From the NCBI GenBank assembly GCA_963700265.1, contig CAVOWX010000002.1, forward strand, positions 343,648 to 407,647: a stretch of 64,000 bases of DNA, written 5' to 3'. The stretch comes from an uncultured Acidimicrobiaceae bacterium (GTDB taxonomy: Bacteria; Actinomycetota; Acidimicrobiia; Acidimicrobiales; Ilumatobacteraceae). The notes beneath the pieces are model-generated. The model searched no databases, was not told where the DNA came from, and saw only the letters and a list, made by a program, of their open reading frames with translations. Below, piece after piece: positions 61,053 to 64,000 of this stretch (its first letter is position 1; every line of letters starts with the position of its first letter). Made by a program: the position numbers and the translations under genes.

Positions 61053-61070
61053 GCCGGTCGCTGCCGACCG

Positions 61071-62300
61071 CTACTCAGGGCGAACGGTGGCCCGCGTGGC
61101 CGGATCTCGGAACAGGACGAGGGCGATCATTTGCAGCACTGTCGCCGTGATCAACAAGGTGGCGTAGCCGTCGGTGGCGTCGATCGTGAAGCCGAGCAGG
61201 AACGGCCCGGCGGCGCTGGCGGTTCCGAGGATCACCTGTTGCATCCCCATCAGGGTGCCGATCCGGCGCTGGCCGTACAGCTCGGCCGAATAGAGGCCCT
61301 GCATGGGTGAGATCGATCCGAACGCGACGCCGGTCAGCACGACGAAGATCCAGACCCAGGCGATCGCTCCGGCGGCGACCAGGGCGAGCGTGCCGATCGC
61401 CATCGTGACGTAGGTGAGACGAAGCGCGTTGACCACCCCGATCCGAGTCGTGACCGATGCTGCAGCGGCCCGCCCGGGAAGCGACAGCAGGCCGCGGATG
61501 CCCGCCAGCGTCGAGGCCAGGCCGACCGACACTCCGGTCGCTTCGATTGCGCCGACATGGTGGACCTGTATGGCGACCAGCCCGGCCATCGCAGCCGAGC
61601 TGGCGATCAGCCAGCGCCGGACAACGGGGGAGGACAGGGCGCCGCGCACGTCGCTGAATCCGATCGAGCTTTCGTGCTCGGCGTGTTCGATCTCGGCCCG
61701 GTCGCCCCGAACGACGACCAGGGCAGGAACCGTGCAGGCCGCCATGAACCCGACCATCGCCCTGATCGCCGCACGCCATCCCCACGCCTCGACGAACGCA
61801 CCGGCGAGCGGGAACGCGATCGGTGAGGCCAGCCCGCCGATCACCGTCAACCAGGTGTAGGCCTGGGGACGGTCGAGCGCCGGCGCCACTCGGGCGGTGA
61901 CCGCCATCGTGGCGCTGTAGAACAGGCCAGCCGAGGCAATCGCTCCGCCGGCACCCCAGGCGGCGACGAACTGCCATGCCGAGTCGGCATACGAACTGAG
62001 CACCAACAGGCCCGAGCCGGCAACGAGCGTTGAGGCCATCACCGGTACGGCCCCGACGCGATCGAGGAATCGACCGCTGGCGAGTGATGCGACACCACCG
62101 ACCAGCGTGGAGATCGAGAACGCCGACGAGATCGCCGCGTTCGACCAGCCCGTGTCATCGCGGATCGGGGTCACGAAGGCCCCGAACCCGTACAGGATCA
62201 GGCCGTATGCGCCGACCGTGACGACACCGAGCAGCGACACCTGCAGCCGCCACGGGCGAGAGGCGGCGATCGGCGCCGAGTTCGTCGATCCGGTGGTCAC
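61071..62300 (-). CDS. MFS transporter
   Basis: About 12 TM segments, motif A GRFLDRVG; GTGA overlap with the upstream gene. Confidence 0.85.
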   Translation of the reverse strand: MTTGSTNSAPIAASRPWRLQVSLLGVVTVGAYGLILYGFGAFVTPIRDDTGWSNAAISSAFSISTLVGGVASLASGRFLDRVGAVPVMASTLVAGSGLLVLSSYADSAWQFVAAWGAGGAIASAGLFYSATMAVTARVAPALDRPQAYTWLTVIGGLASPIAFPLAGAFVEAWGWRAAIRAMVGFMAACTVPALVVVRGDRAEIEHAEHESSIGFSDVRGALSSPVVRRWLIASSAAMAGLVAIQVHHVGAIEATGVSVGLASTLAGIRGLLSLPGRAAAASVTTRIGVVNALRLTYVTMAIGTLALVAAGAIAWVWIFVVLTGVAFGSISPMQGLYSAELYGQRRIGTLMGMQQVILGTASAAGPFLLGFTIDATDGYATLLITATVLQMIALVLFRDPATRATVRPE

Positions 62301-63433
62301 GCTCCGACCAGATCGCCCAAGACGTTGGGTCTGATCCGCCACTCGACGTAGACCATGGCCAGGCCCGACAGTGCCATCAGACCGCCTCCGACGATGCCCA
62401 GGGCGGGAGCCGACCAGGCGTACAGTGCACCGCCCATCAGCGGGCCGACCACGCGGCCGGCCGCCATGATCGCTTGGGCGTCGCCGGCGCGTTCTTCCGG
62501 GTAGTTCGAGCGTTCGGCGAGCAGCGAGTACACGCCGGGGATGCCCATCCAGAACGCGAATCCCCAGATCGGCAGGGCCAGCCAGAACACGATCGGTTCG
62601 TGGACGGTCGCCACCAGCAGGGCGGCCACGCCGGTGAGCGCCATCCACAGCCCAGGGAGCGGGCGGCCGCCCCGGTACCGGGCAGATGGCACGCCGGCCA
62701 GCGCATTGGCGGAGAACACGAACGAGACAGCGAGGGCACTCAGCCCGATGTCGTCCTGGCCGATCACGGCGGCGAACACGAACACCGCCGAGCCGCCCAA
62801 CGTGGTCAGGCCCAGGCAGGCCAGGATCGCGGTGGCGGCGCGGGTGGGCCGGTGGCGTTCTCGATGGGTGCGGGTGGCAGCGACGAGTCGGGTTTCGCGG
62901 ATGAACGGCAACGGCAGCAGGTGTACGCCCGCCAGCACCAGGAACAACAGATCGGTTCCCGAGGCGTCGATCAACAAGGCGATCAGCGGGGCGCTGAGCG
63001 TGCCGACGATCGGGCCGATCACGGCCACGTCTCCGACCTTCTCGTCGTCGCCGAATACCTCCGACCAGGCAATCCACGAGATCAGACCGAGCGAGATACC
63101 GCTCATGAACCGGATCCCGACGAGCAGCGAGAACCAGGGCGTCAGCGCAGACGCGGCGTTGGCCAAGAGCCCGATCATCAGCGAGATCACCATCACCCGC
63201 CTGCGCGGCCGCAGGAACCGGCCGGCCCCCCACGACGTGAGCATGAAGCCGCTCAGTTGGGCAGTGGAGATGATGGCGACCGTCGACACGTCGACGTTCT
63301 GATCGACGGCGACGCCCTTGACCAGGAACGGGGTGGCGGCGAACACCACGGTGCTGACGGCGACCGCGGCCAGGACGCCTGCCGGAAGTTTCGGCTTGAG
63401 CGTGAACAGCAGCCGAACTGGTGCTTGTGACAC
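62297..63433 (-). CDS. MFS-like membrane transporter
   Basis: About 12 hydrophobic segments with a basic central loop. Confidence 0.75.
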   Translation of the reverse strand: MSQAPVRLLFTLKPKLPAGVLAAVAVSTVVFAATPFLVKGVAVDQNVDVSTVAIISTAQLSGFMLTSWGAGRFLRPRRRVMVISLMIGLLANAASALTPWFSLLVGIRFMSGISLGLISWIAWSEVFGDDEKVGDVAVIGPIVGTLSAPLIALLIDASGTDLLFLVLAGVHLLPLPFIRETRLVAATRTHRERHRPTRAATAILACLGLTTLGGSAVFVFAAVIGQDDIGLSALAVSFVFSANALAGVPSARYRGGRPLPGLWMALTGVAALLVATVHEPIVFWLALPIWGFAFWMGIPGVYSLLAERSNYPEERAGDAQAIMAAGRVVGPLMGGALYAWSAPALGIVGGGLMALSGLAMVYVEWRIRPNVLGDLVGA

Positions 63434-63436
63434 GGG

Positions 63437-64000
63437 TTACCTCGCGGCGGTTCGTTCAGCCCGCATCGAGTCGAGCGCAGCGGCGATCACCACGCGAGTG
63501 CGGTCGCGCAGGTCGGCCACGTCGTCCTTGGTGAGCCCGTCGGTCGGGATCGGGTCGAGCACGCGCACTTCGGCGTGGCTGTACCCGAACCGCCAGTCGT
63601 TGGTGACCAGCGCCGTGCGGGCGCCGTGCACAGCGAGCGGAAGGATCGGTGCGCCGGCCTGGATGGCGATCCGGAAGGCGCCGTCCTTGAATTCCTGCAA
63701 CTCGCCGTCGCGCGTCCGCGTGCCCTCGGGGAAGATCATCACCGACACCTTCTTCTCGAGCCGATCGCGGCACTCGACCAACGCCCGAGCCCCCGACTTC
63801 TTGTCGCCACGTTCGAGTCGGATGTCGTTCACGAGCCACATCGCCCACCCGACGAACGGGATCTTGAAGAACTCGCTCTTCGACATCCACTTCATCTCGA
63901 ACGGTAGGTGTGAGATCAGCAGGATGTCGGCGAAGCTCTCATGGTTGGCGACGGCGACGTAGGGCAGACGGCCATCGGTCGGTACCTCGCCGGTCACGCT
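63437..64000 (-). CDS. plsC: 1-acyl-sn-glycerol-3-phosphate acyltransferase, 5' end outside the window
   Basis: NHESFAD (HX4D), FPEGTR, FKDGAF, PILPLAV. Confidence 0.88.
   Translation of the reverse strand, partial: SVTGEVPTDGRLPYVAVANHESFADILLISHLPFEMKWMSKSEFFKIPFVGWAMWLVNDIRLERGDKKSGARALVECRDRLEKKVSVMIFPEGTRTRDGELQEFKDGAFRIAIQAGAPILPLAVHGARTALVTNDWRFGYSHAEVRVLDPIPTDGLTKDDVADLRDRTRVVIAAALDSMRAERTAAR

Overview
GC-rich actinobacterial DNA, most consistent with Acidimicrobiia (Ilumatobacter-like); the taxonomy is inferred from gene content. Core part (1-37.6 kb): sdhCAB, an ABC-F ATPase, a GH2 glycosidase, an unusual capBCA/pgsBCA poly-gamma-glutamate operon, a MoxR/chelatase ATPase and vWA pair, two whiB genes around tatA, a complete ppk1-pstSCAB-phoU-senX3-regX3 phosphate cluster with PHO-box-like repeats, moaE, a solitary mreB and an RNB nuclease. 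Accessory part (37.6-54.8 kb): first, a 3.4-kb islet bounded by a 30-bp direct repeat of the RNB gene 3' end. Second, the main finding: a CRISPR-free TPR-CHAT protease / ECF sigma / putative anti-sigma / subtilase module. It is tied by four copies of one bipartite promoter-like motif (GTATC-N15-GGrTCnTG) to two giant uncharacterised genes, a coiled-coil protein gene and an unannotated 41-aa Arg-rich ORF. The right end holds a PQQ sugar dehydrogenase-like gene, tesB, a deaminase, a beta-propeller lipoprotein, a methyltransferase, two MFS genes and a partial plsC. Five apparent frameshifts are probably sequencing or assembly indels. No rRNA, tRNA, CRISPR array, integrase or transposase was seen. 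All assignments come from motif reading only; no database searches were run.
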